Origin: Schmidtea polychroa
Lineage: Eukaryota
Assembly (NCBI GenBank): GCA_044892525.1
Contig: CM097887.1
Span: 2,542,001 to 2,606,000, forward strand
DNA: 64,000 nucleotides
Reading direction: 5' to 3'
Below the pieces are notes generated by a model. The model saw only the letters and a program-made list of their open reading frames with translations, did no database searches and was not told the origin of the DNA. Of this stretch, positions 51,509 through 64,000 are shown in pieces. Numbering within the stretch: the first letter of the stretch is position 1; each line of letters opens with the position of its first letter. Position numbers and translations under genes: made by a program.

Positions 51509-54056
51509 CTACCATAATATTAATACAACTGTTTCCTCATTGGGAAAACATCCAACATCTACTAGAAATTCGTCGTCATCCACCTGACAACCATGTATCA
51601 TTTTTAGGAATGATTCTTTTAATATTTCTGATATTCTTTTTATCAGTTTCTTTACTCTATGATAACACGAGAATTGTTGTATCAGGTGTCCTCTCCTGGG
51701 TAACCTGATACCTAACATTACTGGACCTTGTCTACCTTCCAAATGTCTACCTTGCAAATGTCCATTTTTAATCAGCAGCATTTTTTCTTGTGCCTGGAAT
51801 TGTGATGTCTCTTTTACTAAAGGCACCACCAATGGCATTATCTCTCTAAGAGTATCTACTGGGATTCGCAGCTCCAGTATCCAGTCCATTATCATCTTAA
51901 TGGCTTCCCCATCTCTTGGGTTTTTCATCAGCTCGATTCCCAATCTATGTGGTACGGCTGATATTTGATTTAATTGATCAATTTCTATCTCGCTTTTTGT
52001 AAGGACATTATCCAAGTCCACTACTGTAACAGTTTCCTTGTGAAACTTTGCTTTTATAATCATATGTTTCCCTGGTAGTATACCACAATCTAACAGGGTT
52101 TCTCCCTCTAATAATTTTTCTCCCAATAAATATAGTTTGCATCTCAATTGAGGTTTTAACTCCGAAACTCTCTTTGCCAATGCTTCTACCTTTTCACTTG
52201 GGTTAATCGTATATCTACGAAAACAACCCTTTGGGAGAGATACAAAAATTGTAGAATCCTCCAGATTCTTTCTTTGTTTCCAATTTAGGCCAATATTTCT
52301 CAGAATTTCTCTCAATTCTGGATGATATTCCTCATTTCTGTCTAACTCTGATATGATATCCATTACTTTGTCAACCTCATTCTCATTAACGGGGTTTAAA
52401 CGAATATTTTCTAATTTCTGTCTCATTTCTCTTTGCCATACGCTCTTGCGTAATAATACTTTTCTACAGTCATCGATGGGATTCCTTTCCTCTTTCGATG
52501 CTTCTCTAACCTTTATTGGTTCACTACCACACTCACCTCGCATGGATGATGTGGCTATAAGGACTTCCGGCTCACTGACCGAAGCCCATCTTTTTTCCAA
52601 AACTTCTGTTGGAACAATTACATTAGCTACTGGATCCATGTCCAAAATCTTACGATTTTTAACTGGTGAAACCGGTAAACCTTCTATTTCTCTGTTGGCT
52701 TTTGGCTCCATTGCCATAGCCACTAGATTTTTCCTGGGTGAAACCTGTAAACCCTCACAGACCATAGTCTTTTCCTCTTTGTCCTCCTGCGGACTTTCTT
52801 GAAGCATCAACACTTCAAGTTCTACATAATTATTTTTATTTCGCCTCTTTTTGGCTGACGTCATATAAACAGCTTCATTTTCATCATACCCATCGGTTTC
52901 ATTTGTTGTCAGCCTTGCTAACCTGTTTCTCTCTTCTTGAATTTCTAATTCAAGCTGCTGCAAATACGTTAATTTATGATCTGAATTCACTGCAAACGTT
53001 GTCTGCTTCGATCGATTATTACCATTGTTACTACTACCATTGTTAACTGATAACTGATAACTGTATAGATAATTAGATAACTGATTTTGTGGACAAGAAC
53101 GCATAATATGACCAAATTTTCCACACTTATGACATTTAATTTTACCCCCCGAATTTACTTCATCCCTTTTAATATTATTATTAAAATTATTATTTCTACT
53201 CTGAAAGTTATTATTATTATTATTAATACCACGAAAATTCCTATCGGGGCTTCTATTTCTATTATTATTATTATTTGAATTATTCCCCCCAAAACTAGCT
53301 TTACAAACTGACGCTACATGTCCCACACTTGGTACATAATTTGTCCCCTGGAGAATTATTCCTACTTTTACAATCTTTTGACATGTGTCCCTTTTTATGA
53401 CAATTAAAACACTCAATGTCTGACTTATTGCTACTAATTGCAAAATTATTTGACTTCTCAATGCTACTTTCAATTAAACACGCTTTGCGAGTTAATTCCT
53501 CTAAATTATCTCCTATGTGTAAACTGAGTGCATTTCTCATTGCTCACGATAACCCTGACCAAAACTGATCTTTTACTAATGCTCTAGTTGCATCATTCCA
53601 GGCTGCCCTATTGCCAAATGCTCTCTCTGCCAACATCACTATTTGATATGAAAATTCCCCAACATGCTCACCCGAATTTTGTCGCTTGTTATAAAACTGT
53701 TGTCTCAACACTCTAGTTGCATCCCATGGTAATATTCTGTTTTGTAACGCTAATCGTAATACATTCCATTCAACTGGATGCTCGGCTATTATAACATCGT
53801 TATATATTTCCCGCGCCATCCCTTTTAAATATAAAGGTAATCTCAAAATCATTACCGGTTCCGGAAATCCTAATGCTCTGGCTAACTGAAAATATTCGGA
53901 CATAAATTCTGGAAACTCCCCTGGGTTTCCACTAAATGGTTTAATCGGAATTGTTGGATATCTCATAAAATCTACCGCTGGTGGTTGAGCTACCGGCATA
54001 TTATTATTTTGTAAATTATTCTCATTTAGATTTTGTAAATTATTTATATCTGCCAT
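51509..54056 (-). pseudogene. gag: gag with three CCHC knuckles, Asn-rich spacer and an embedded ubiquitin-like domain
   Basis: Capsid-like PIKPFSG..F..F, LPLYLKGMA, RQNSGEHV; CFNCHKKGHMSKDC, CTKC/GHVASVC (frameshifted), CHKCGKFGHIMRSC; Ubl at 52044-52256. Confidence 0.88.
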
Positions 54057-54174
54057 TATTTGTTGGTTTCTATTACCTGGTCTAAAATTTATTACTCTCC
54101 TATTTCTTAACTCAATGATTCAAAAAGATGTTTGTCTTTTATAAATAAAAATTCTTATTCCCCCCGTAAATTAT

Positions 54175-54192
54175 ATCACGTCGGGCTCACCA
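54175..54192 (-). other. Primer-binding site for tRNA-Trp
   Basis: Minus strand TGGTGAGCCCGACGTGAT, 3 nt after the 5' LTR; complementary (1 mismatch) to the conserved eukaryotic tRNA-Trp 3' end ATCACGTCGGGGTCACCA. Confidence 0.85.
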
Positions 54193-54195
54193 AAA

Positions 54196-54975
54196 TGTTA
54201 AGATCAAAAAACCGGGATTACAGATCTCAACACAATGACTCCAATAATTGAATAAAATAAATAGATAAATAAAAATAAATATAAATATGTTATATTTAAT
54301 GTGGTTGCGCGCATAAGTTTAGATTACTGAATCAAGAACAAACTCTTTTCTCTTTTTATAAAACTGTATTTGATAATTTACAAAATAATTTACAATTATT
54401 GTACAAAGAAATAAGATAACGGATTTATTAATCCCTGCTGTTTACCTCAGCCTGCAAGAGATCGATGGCTCCTGTGTAGCACAGCGATCGCAATGTAACT
54501 AAAAGAGTTGGGCAAGCAAGAGGGAATGATTTTGGGGCTCCCAGGGAACACTAAAGTACGAGATCAATACTTTGTGTGAATTATTCAAATTTAATTTAAA
54601 CAATCGAGGCTTGTGTTAAATTCCTCGTGTTAATTACTAATCTCTCAGTGATTTCTAATCACGTTTCTTTGCACTAACTATTAGATAATTTTCGAGATGT
54701 TTCTTTCCAAAATTTCTCTTCCTCCCCTGGTTCTCGTTTTGAACCAGTATTTATATTATATTTTAATTATTTATTGTATCAATAGTAATTTTATAATTAC
54801 TATATATAGTATTAGTAACACTAGTTGTTACTAATTATAGATTATTTATTATTTATAGTATTTAAATATGTTTAAACTTTATTTTAAGTAACTCTTTATT
54901 GTTTTTATTTACAGCAATTCTTATTTTAGTAATTTTATTTATTTTATCCTCAAGGCTCCAGGCCTGTCCCTAACA
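54196..54975 (-). repeat. 5' LTR (780 bp)
   Basis: tgttaagatc...tccctaaca; TG..CA; followed on the minus strand by the PBS. Confidence 0.92.
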
Positions 54976-55600
54976 CTGTCAATAAAACGAGCAGGCAATT
55001 TGTTAATATATGCTATGAAAGAGATGAATTTTTCCGTCGTAGTCGGAATAATATTTAATTCCTAAGAAGGAAATTTATTCAGACCATACTTCAAAATATG
55101 ATGGAGATCATACCCCCTCAAATTATGAAAGACAATAGGTAACTGTCTCTGACTTCGCCGAGACACATTACAATTCCTACAGGCAGCACCTAAATACTTA
55201 CCTGAGAAGTGGCAATGGCCCCTAACTCAATGTACAATAGATTTCTTGCAAAGATAACAGGTCCTGGAATCAGGAAAAGCCCGCTCTTCAATGAAGGACA
55301 AAGTTTAAATAGGTTTTCGCCCATTCATTTCGTAATATGGCAGGACAATTGTGACAGCAATTTCCTCCACCTTACGAATGAAAGATAACACACAATCCTC
55401 ACCAAAAAACTCATAATAAAACCTAGATTTATTATAATTATTAATTAATAACATGCCTGCTGTTATTGGCATATGTTTTTGGTGGTGGGTGATGTCTTCT
55501 GGTAAAATTGCCTCAAAATCGGCATTTATCACAAATGGCGGAGTTATGGTCTTCGCATAATTTTTAAAAATTAAATTTTTCTCTTTAGGTAGAAGTCTAG
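54976..55600 (-). pseudogene. Polinton/Maverick protein-primed DNA polymerase B N-terminal region with endonuclease VII module, truncated by the LTR
   Basis: PPFVINADFEAIL, FFGEDCVLSF, CYLC...VRGHCHFSGKYLGAACRNCN, FHNLRGYDLHHI, IPTTTEKFISF, RFIDS. Confidence 0.85.
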
Positions 55601-57430
55601 GTATACGGACGATACCATGGACTCTGTTGATTCTGAAGAAGAAGGAATGATACTGAAAGAGGGGCTAGAAAAAGTTTGGGCAATGCCGGAATGTGGCCTA
55701 GAAAATGGCTGCCAACTCGGAAAGAATTATGACTACAATCCCAGTTGAAGAACGGGCTAAAACACTGAATATTGAAAAGGAAGCGACAATGACCGTCAAG
55801 ACCCTAGGTTTGAAATGGTACTCTGAAGACAATGAATTTAGTTTTCAAGTAGATCTGCCGAATGAAGAATGTTTATCGAAAAGAAAGGTATTGAGCATAG
55901 TGGCAAGAATCTTTGATCCATTTGGACTGTTAGGCCCATTCATAATCATAGGGAAAAAGATTATTCAGAAATTATGGTTGTTAGGGCTTGATTGGGACGA
56001 AAAGCTACCCCGAAAGTTTAATAAAGAAATACACAAGTGGGTAGAGGATACAAATAATCTCGGAGATTTGCAAATTTCGAGATGTTTAAGGACTTAAATG
56101 AAAAATGAATGGCAATTAAATGTATTTTCCGATGCGTCAAGCACAGCATATGGGTCAGCTATATATCTACAGGAAGATACTAAGGTAGGACCTAAAAGTG
56201 TGTTGATTGCATCAAGGGCAAAGGTAGCTCCAGTGCAAATTATAAGTATACCAAGGTTAGAATTAATGGCAGCGTGTACTGGGGTTAAATTAGCAAGACG
56301 GGTTTCAGAAGTGCTGGGCAAACCGATGAGTGAGATACGGTTTTGGTCCGATAACAAAGACGTAATACATCGGGTTCGAAATTATTCGAGACTATTCAAG
56401 CCATTCGTAGCCAATCGAATTAGGTTCATTCAAGAAATGACAAAACCAGGGCATTGGGCTTTATGTTCCAACGATTGAAAATCCATCAGACTTGATCACA
56501 AGAGGATTATCGGCGTCGGATTTGATAAAAAGCACCATGTGGTGGAAGGGGCCGAAATTTCTACTAGAACTAATGGGAAATTGGCCAGCGACGGAGTTAA
56601 ACCAATCAAGTGCAACGAAGGAGTTCCGACAGGGAATAACAATGATGGCATGTGTAGAGGGGCAAATACGAATAGGAAATACGGACTGTTTCAAAGTAGA
56701 AACCTTTTCCTCGTGGCAGAGATTGGTCAGAGTTCGGACCTGGGTGGAGAGATTTATTTTGAATACGAGAACGACACAGTCTCAAAGAAGCACAGAGCAA
56801 CTGACAACTGATGAACTTAAAAGAACGGAACTCAATGTGATTAAAGGAGAGCAGGCGAAGTTTTTCTCTGAAGACCTGGCACGACTTATCAAGAATGAAA
56901 GGATAGATATCAGAAGCAGTTTGTTAAAGTTGACATCAGTTTTAGATGAGATGAAGGTGTTACGAAGTAATAGCCACATAATGCATGCAAAGAATTTACT
57001 ATGTGAGACAAAATATCCAATATTAACCATAAAAGATTGCCATGAAAGTTTGAGCCATTATGCAGAAACCCAACACGTCTTAAGTGTGTTGAACGAAAAA
57101 TATTGGATTTTGAAAGCCAAAGTAATGATCAAACAATGTGAGACAGAATGCGGAATGTGTAGGGAAAGAAGAGCTAAAGGAATGAGTCAAATAATGGCAC
57201 CGTTACCGGCGTTCAGGGTTTCAGAACCATTTAGAGCCTTTGTTCACTCGGCAGTAGATTTTGCAGGACCGTTTGAAACTAAAGTAGGCAGAGGAAAGGT
57301 GAGAAATAAAAGGTACATTTGCCTATTCGTATGTTTAAAATCACGGGCGGTGCATATTGAAATGGCATATGGTTTGGACACGGATTCATTCATTCGAGCT
57401 TTTATGAGTTTTGCAGCGAGGCGAGGAATG
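55600..57430 (+). pseudogene. BEL/Pao LTR retrotransposon pol fragment (RT end, RNase H, integrase)
   Basis: Y.DD..DS, KTLGLKW, KRKVLSIVARIFDPFG, FSDAS..AYG, KVAP..SIPRLEL, FVANR, NPSDL.TRG, WWKGP, VDFAGPF, RAVHIE, F.ARRG.P. Confidence 0.9.
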
Positions 57431-58802
57431 CCAAAATCGCCAAAGCCAAACTACGCGTAATGAGAATTAAATGTGAAGGAAAGAAGATATTAAGATGTAT
57501 CTCCAAATTATTTTTAATTATAAAAGAAGAAGGAGAAGCTAATGGGGATTTGAGATTGACACTAAGATGTCAAGGAGGGGGGGCGGGGGAGGATGGTGAA
57601 TTATGAGTTTATGTGTTGCGTCTATGGGTTTTTTGTTTTGTCATTGGATTAATTTGTGTGCTTACACAGACGCGGACAATTGTCGAGTTGAGATCGAATT
57701 TTTATTTATGATCGGTTTTTGATATTTTGGCTGTAACAATTTTGGTTTTTTATGTGAAGTTGTTTAAATTTTGTAGATTTTCTGTAAATTTGAAAATAAA
57801 AAGGTTTTAAAATTCGTTTGGCGTGCTGATTTCGAAATGGAAAAATTAGTTTGGAATATCTACTGTTGGAATGGATGAATGGACAATTAAACAGACACCA
57901 TTTATTACTCAAGTTCAATCTTTAGCTGATTTAAGAAAAGTTTATTCGTTTCGGCCATTATCTCAATATTCATTATGTAAAGCATGTGAAGATCTTAATG
58001 TTGCAGTTTTACGATTTATTTCAGCTGCTGAAACTATTGCTAAATATTATTCTCAGAATTCATCTGAAATCGCTAATTCTTGCAATTGAAGTCGTTCTCT
58101 GCTATCAAGTTTGAAATTGACCTTCCAAACAGATAAAATCATCATAGTGGTTCTTTCTAACATTGACCGGGTAAAAGCTATTAGGCACCTGTGTTGAGTA
58201 TTTTTGAGAAACTCATAATTCACCAGGTAGGGTATATAAGGTAGATCCTAACTGGTTCTTTTAAGCACAATGCTACATGAATATCAAAGGCATTTTTATG
58301 TCTTATCCCATTAAGACAATTGGGGCCCAAGTTTACACATATTTGAACATTACAGGATCTACTCTGTTGCGAATTCATTAATTTTTGTAAATTAAAATCT
58401 GCGGTGTAATGGAAATAATCCCAGTCTTCCAATAATAATAAGTAAATAGGTTAGTAGTGTGTATGATGGGAATCCTACCCCGCCCACCCCCTAATTCGCT
58501 CGTAAAAACAAGTTTTTTTTCACTCGCTCACCCTTCGGGAGAGGTTTGGTCAACGTAAGATTCCCATTATACACACTACTACAAATACATCAATATTTAA
58601 ATAATTTTAAAAATATTATTTTATTAATAATATCGAGTACCCGAATTTTACTGGTACCCAAGAATAAAAAAATTAAAATATACAGATTTGATAATTCGAT
58701 GATTCTAATAATTCTAATATTTCTAATATTTTCAATATTTCTAATAAAACTGGAAATCAGTAAATACACTAATTCCCAATATTATAATATAAACCATCTA
58801 AA

Positions 58803-58982
58803 ATGAGACCTAAATATTTCTGTGCAAGTTGTAATAAAGATATTTCAACATCAAACAAAGCAAAACATGAAAAAACTAACATTCATAAAAGAAAATCAAG
58901 TGTCCAAGAAGGAGATGTTCAAAGTCAAAGTTCTAAACTTCCAGATTTTCCATGGTCTAAATATAGACACCCGAGATTTTAA
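58803..58982 (+). CDS. Small C2H2-type zinc-finger ORF (59 aa), probably a Polinton accessory remnant
   Basis: MRPKYFCASCNKDISTSNKAKHEKTNIHKR (C-x2-C-x11-H-x5-H); lies just upstream of the capsid gene. Confidence 0.45.
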   Translation: MRPKYFCASCNKDISTSNKAKHEKTNIHKRKSSVQEGDVQSQSSKLPDFPWSKYRHPRF

Positions 58983-59259
58983 TAATAATAATAATAATAA
59001 TAATAATTTAATATACTCTAAATATAGACACCCAAGAATTAACACTCAAGATTTTAATAAATATTGTAAATACTACATAAAATCTAAAATTTATAAAAAT
59101 TAGAGTGTCACATTATGAATAGTAAAAAAATGAAATTCTAAATTTCTATTATAAAAATGAACAATATAAATCTCGAGATTTCAGAAAAAAATTAATTAAA
59201 TCTTAATTATGATAAACAGTTTATTCATGAAATCAAGAAAAATGATGGACTTAAAATCT

Positions 59260-60431
59260 GCCCAACCTCTGGTTCCATTTCAAATTTAAATCGTTCAGGT
59301 GATATAGTTTTTTAATCTCTTCAAACATCAAATCATATAGATATTTGTATTGCAAAATTATATTACAAAATTGAATTAGAAATTGAAGCAAACAAAGATA
59401 TAACCCTAGAAAATAATTTCTTTCCAAATTTATTCTCCAACATGAGATTAAAATTAGGACCCTCAGAAGTTGAAAATATTTTGTATCCAGGTGTATATTC
59501 TTCAATGTTAAATTTTGTTTTGACTGGTTGTGATTACAAAAATGAATATGGTGAATTAACAGGTTAGATCCCTGATGTAAATAAAGGTGATACAGATAAA
59601 GATGGTTTAGATACAAATTATGGTTATAATAAACCTGTCAAACTTTACAAGTCTAAAAAATTTGAAGGTTATTTTGAATTAAAATATTTATTTGGATTCC
59701 TTCAAAACTGTAATCGTATACTCCATAATGTTTTCATAGAATTACTTTGTAATAGAATAGAAGATGATAAAGTATTATTCTATGAAGCTGCAGATACAAA
59801 AGGTAAATTAAAATTAACAACGATTGAATTACACATACCTGAATAGACATTAAATCCACACGCTGAAATTAAACTCCTTGAAAGATTAAATTCCAACAAG
59901 TCTATAAATGTAAATTATTTAAATAGAATATGTAGTATATTTGATACGAGAGAAGGTTCAACATATGCTATAAAGATTGCAAATTTAGCATATCGACCAA
60001 GATATATTTTAATTGGATTCAAAGAATTAGATCTATCCTTTCAAAAAAAAACAACTTGTTTATTCAAAAGCTTGGAGATGATAATTTAAAATCAATTCAA
60101 ATTCAATTGAATAATTCTTATTATCTAGTAAATAGAATGGAGTTTAATATAGAAAACAATGAAAATATATTCTCATATGAAAATTCAAACATGCCAAGAC
60201 TTCAAAATAAAACCACAATTAAGTTTAGAAGATTTCAAATATTTGTATTCTATATTCTGTATAAATGTTTCAGATCAAGATGATAGATTAGCTATAAATA
60301 ATATTGATGTCACTTTTCATATAACAAAGGATTCTAATTTTAAAGCAAAAATATATACATTAGTTCTTGAAGAAAATATCATTTTACCTTTGAATTCTTT
60401 GAATAAGTACCCTTATGACAAATACCCTTAG
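59260..60431 (+). pseudogene. Polinton/adintovirus-like double-jelly-roll major capsid protein, degenerate
   Basis: NLNRSGDIVF, NLFSNMRLKLGPSEVENILYPG, FELKYLFGF, IELHIPE, RPRYILIGF, IQIQLNNSYY, FCINVSDQ.D; several stops and frameshifts. Confidence 0.7.
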
Positions 60432-61144
60432 GGGGTCAAAGCATCCTGTTGGATAAACTCCGAGTATATATAATAAAACGAATCGACAATAACTATTTTA
60501 TAATATTTAAGACTTCATAAAAGTTTTGATGGGGTTTGTTCAATTTCCTGTTTAGTTTTGAATGAAATCCCTCTGCCAAGTTATTTGTTCTAGGTCCTGA
60601 ATTATCGAAGTGAGATCAGATTGACCTGCTAAATAGTGATAGTTGATTATGAATCTATTAAACACCTTGTTTATATTTTCAATTTTATGAGAACTCGAGT
60701 TTATGGGAATTATACTTTACAGGAATTTCATTTTTATAAACCATAAAATTGACCTATTAAAAATAAATCTTTAAATAATTATATAAATATTTATCTTAAT
60801 ATTTAGTGAATAATTATAAAACTGATTAATTATTAACAATTAATATCCATATAATTTGTTGTATTATTTTAAAGAGAGAGTATATAACTATGTGTGGAAT
60901 AAAAAACATAAATTATTATTATTATTTTTTATTTTGAGGTAGTTGCAAACTACATTGGGGTAATTATTGCTATTTTCAAAGTACTATTTCCATTATTATT
61001 ATTTTCGTTATTTTTATTTTCGTTATTATTATTTTCATTATTATTTCAGAAATACTTTATTTTCATAATTTCATTAACATTAGCATTAGGAACACATTAT
61101 TTTCAAGATAATTTTCATTAAAGTTTTCATAGTTTCATTCAGGA

Positions 61145-61619
61145 CAGTGCTCGAAGTGAGGCGGGATAGCCGGGATATTATCCCGGCATTGATTATGTAG
61201 GCGGAATTGCATCCCGGCACTTCATTTCATATAATCTATAGGTTTATCCTGGTACTTATTTCATTTTATAGGCACACAAATACTGCGATTAAGGTCNNNN
61301 NNNNNNNNNNNNNNNNNNNNNNNNNNNNNNNNNNNNNNNNNNNNNNNNNNNNNNNNNNNNNNNNNNNNNNNNNNNNNNNNNNNNNNNNNNNNNNNNNNNN
61401 NNNNNNNNNNNNNNNNNNNNNNNNNNNNNNNNTCAATTAAGAATTTCCCAAGCAGCAGTAATGGATAGGTAGGTATATTCTGAAACTTATGATTAAATGG
61501 GTGGACACCCCCCAAAGTTTTGCAACACCCCCAACTGAAAATTTCTGCATAAAAGCCTGGAATCCCGGGTGCCACAGCATGCCTATCCCGGCACATATTT
61601 TGTTCCACTTCGAGCACTG
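61145..61619. mobile_element. hAT-type MITE spanning an assembly gap
   Basis: TIR CAGTGCTCGAAGTG / CACTTCGAGCACTG; 8-bp TSD ATTCAGGA at 61137-61144 and 61620-61627. Confidence 0.85.
61297..61432. other. Assembly gap (N run)
   Basis: Run of n. Confidence 1.
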
Positions 61620-62389
61620 ATTCAGGAACACATGATTTTCAGGAACATTTTCATAGTTTCATTAACATTTTCATTATTTACATGATAATTTACGAAAATA
61701 ATAATAGAAATAAAATTAAAATTTTTTTATGAAATTAATAAACTTTTAAAAATAAATGTATAAAATATTTAAAAATAAATAAAAACTAACATTCAGACTC
61801 TGAATCAGAATCTGTTTCAGTCTCAGATTCCTCCCCAATAGCATCATTAATTGTTGGCGTTTCTTCGTCACTAATAACAACATATTCTAAATTTTCTAAT
61901 AAATAAATAGATAAAATAAAATAAATTTAAGTGATTCAGCAAAGGGTCCATTATCACCATTTCAAATAACTTCTAGTATTTCGCAATCACCTAAATTTAA
62001 TTTTTAAATTTATAAATTAAATAAAATAATTAAAATTTGCAAAATTTAAAAATAATTGTGACGAATTTCTGATTCTGAAAATGTGACTGCCGGAATAATT
62101 AATAATATTATTGATCAATTAACAGGTCCCCAATACTTTATATTTCAAGGAAATTTGATTCATGTATCCTCAAATGAAGTTAATTGGTAGAAAGCTTGAT
62201 AATCCGATACAGCTATGACGGGGCCTGTTTAATAACGATGGTCACAGGTCAGATACTGAAGAAATTATTCCGAGTGAGTAAGTGAATTCGAAATTGGTGT
62301 ATTTTGTGTACTCATTGAATCGTTTGAGAAGAGTTATCTTTTTTATTATTACTAGGAATTGGATAAAAATCATTTATTATGGCATTCGA

Positions 62390-63285
62390 TTCTTTTTCCC
62401 GCTCGTATTTGTTAATAACATCAACATTGTTGTCACATATAATACTTTGTTGATGTAGCTGACTGGAGTTGGATTTTTCATAAATTTCTGTTTCAATTTT
62501 ATTTGGTCAGATACTTTATTTTGCTTGGCCCGTAAGGGATATCTGGGTTCATCCTACTTTGGCACTGATTTACATCGATTTGCATGCACAATCATTGGGT
62601 TAACCTTTTTACTCCTGAATGGTAACAATTTTCAATTCGTTTCGGTGGTGTCGCACACTTTGTATGGTCCTTTAAATGGTCTTTGTACTTTCGGCGATAT
62701 ACCTTTGAGTGGTTCTGATTTTGATACCATTCGCATGTGGTTTTCTATCATTGGCTTCTTTATGCTTCTCCTGGCTGTGCTTTATTGTCAAACCGGTTTT
62801 TTTCCATACCAATTGCAATCTTTCTTGCATCAATGCTTTGTAATCGGGTGTCTCCATATACTGTGAAATTGGTGGTTTGCATTTGAGATCAATCGGCATG
62901 TTATTTTTTCTTAAATACATCAAATAGAAAGGTGTCTCACATATACTTTGATTTATTGCGCTTCGGTACGCAAATATAACTTCAAATGATTTGGGATAAC
63001 GTACGCTTTCGGCCATTTAGTGAAATAGTTCCAAATTACAACGATGTATTTATTTGCTTTTTCTGTTTCTGGTAATGGTCCCTAAATATTCATCGCAGTC
63101 ATTTCCATCGGTGCTGCTGGTACTGTCATCGGTTTCAACGGTACATTGATTTTTCTACAAGTGATTCTTCCTACGAGTGATGCATCTTTTACAACTTTAT
63201 AAATTTTTTATTGTTGGCCAAAAATATTTCAGTTTCAATCTTGATAGCGTCTTGCGCGTTGACAAATGACCTCTCAAAGCTCCGT
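62390..63285 (-). pseudogene. Degenerate, internally deleted Ty3/gypsy integrase followed by a signal-peptide-like segment
   Basis: GHLSTRKTLSRLKLKYF, PLKPM.VP..PMEMTAM, ETPFYLMYLR, FKGPY, MIVHANRCK, RYPLR, then NPTPVSYINKVLYVTTMLMLLTNTSG. Confidence 0.8.
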
Positions 63286-64000
63286 CGTGATATATATATC
63301 ACAGGGAGTATAAAACGAAAAATCCAAGAACATAACGAATATAAATTCATCAAGCAAGTAAGTCAGAAATTTAAATATTCATGAAAACAAATAAAAGTTT
63401 AAAACGAAAAAACAAAAATAAGGAAAGGTTGAAATTGATGAGACAATTCATATTCATGATTATCTCAGGCGACCCCAAAATCTTCCATAATATGACTAGG
63501 GTTAACCCTAAGACTAAAAATTCTATAAAAATTGTCAAAAATAGTTTGATTGACGGATTTCATCTGCTGGAAACAATGAATCCTTATGAAATATGGAAAT
63601 ATTTATCGAAATCAAGATGTTCCTGAATGAGGAGAGTCGCCCTAGTCTTTCAGTGACTATTGACCGAAAAATAATTGTTTGTTGTGATCCCTTTGTATTG
63701 TTGGGTTATTGAGTTGGTGATAAATTTAATGTTACTCTGACTCCAAGCGTGTCTTTGACCGATTTACAAATAACACTTGACAACAGAAATCTTTATTGAT
63801 AATCACAAATAAACTTTCTCTTTACACTGACAATCAATTCAACATTCTGCTTGGTGACTATACAATGCTTATTACAACACTCGGTGAGGAATAACACTTG
63901 TGTATAACACCGGATTAAAAGATCAAAAATTACTGATTGGTTTATCAACTGGGACTTTGAGTTGGTTGTTTTCTTTGACCTTCCTTACAACTTTATTCAA

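Larger units (their letters stand above)
35041..54975 (-). mobile_element. Large Ty3/gypsy-type LTR retroelement with envelope-like genes (decayed)
   Basis: Two homologous TG..CA LTRs, tRNA-Trp PBS, PPT-like tract, gag, PR-RT-RH-IN order, glycoprotein; multiple stops and frameshifts. Confidence 0.92.

Overview
AT-rich eukaryotic (metazoan-like) DNA with short GT-AG introns of 67-75 bp, (ATT)n/(TA)n microsatellites and two N gaps. It is almost entirely a nest of mobile elements; the only clear host gene is a 5'-partial TRAF/MATH exon at the left edge. The host taxon cannot be determined from the sequence (an AT-rich invertebrate such as a flatworm is a guess). The main feature is a decayed 19.9-kb Ty3/gypsy-type LTR retroelement on the minus strand (35041-54975, tRNA-Trp PBS; about 14.7 kb after removing nested insertions). 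Its gene order is unusual: Gag with three CCHC knuckles, a ubiquitin-like domain, an AT-hook linker, a chuvirus/herpes-gB-like (class III) fusion glycoprotein placed BETWEEN gag and pol, then PR-RT-RH-IN, a second signal-peptide-bearing domain fused after integrase, and tandem orphan ORFs before the 3' LTR. A spliced piggyBac is inserted in it, and an hATm-type element in turn sits inside the piggyBac. Elsewhere are Polinton/Maverick (adintovirus-like) fragments (packaging ATPase, pPolB-EndoVII, major capsid protein, a TBP-like gene), a 1.15-kb TG..CA element with 127-bp double-hairpin TIRs carrying an orphan 254-aa ORF, Tc1 and hAT elements, MITEs, a BEL/Pao fragment and further gypsy integrase remnants. 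All family assignments are by-eye motif recognition; no database searches were run.
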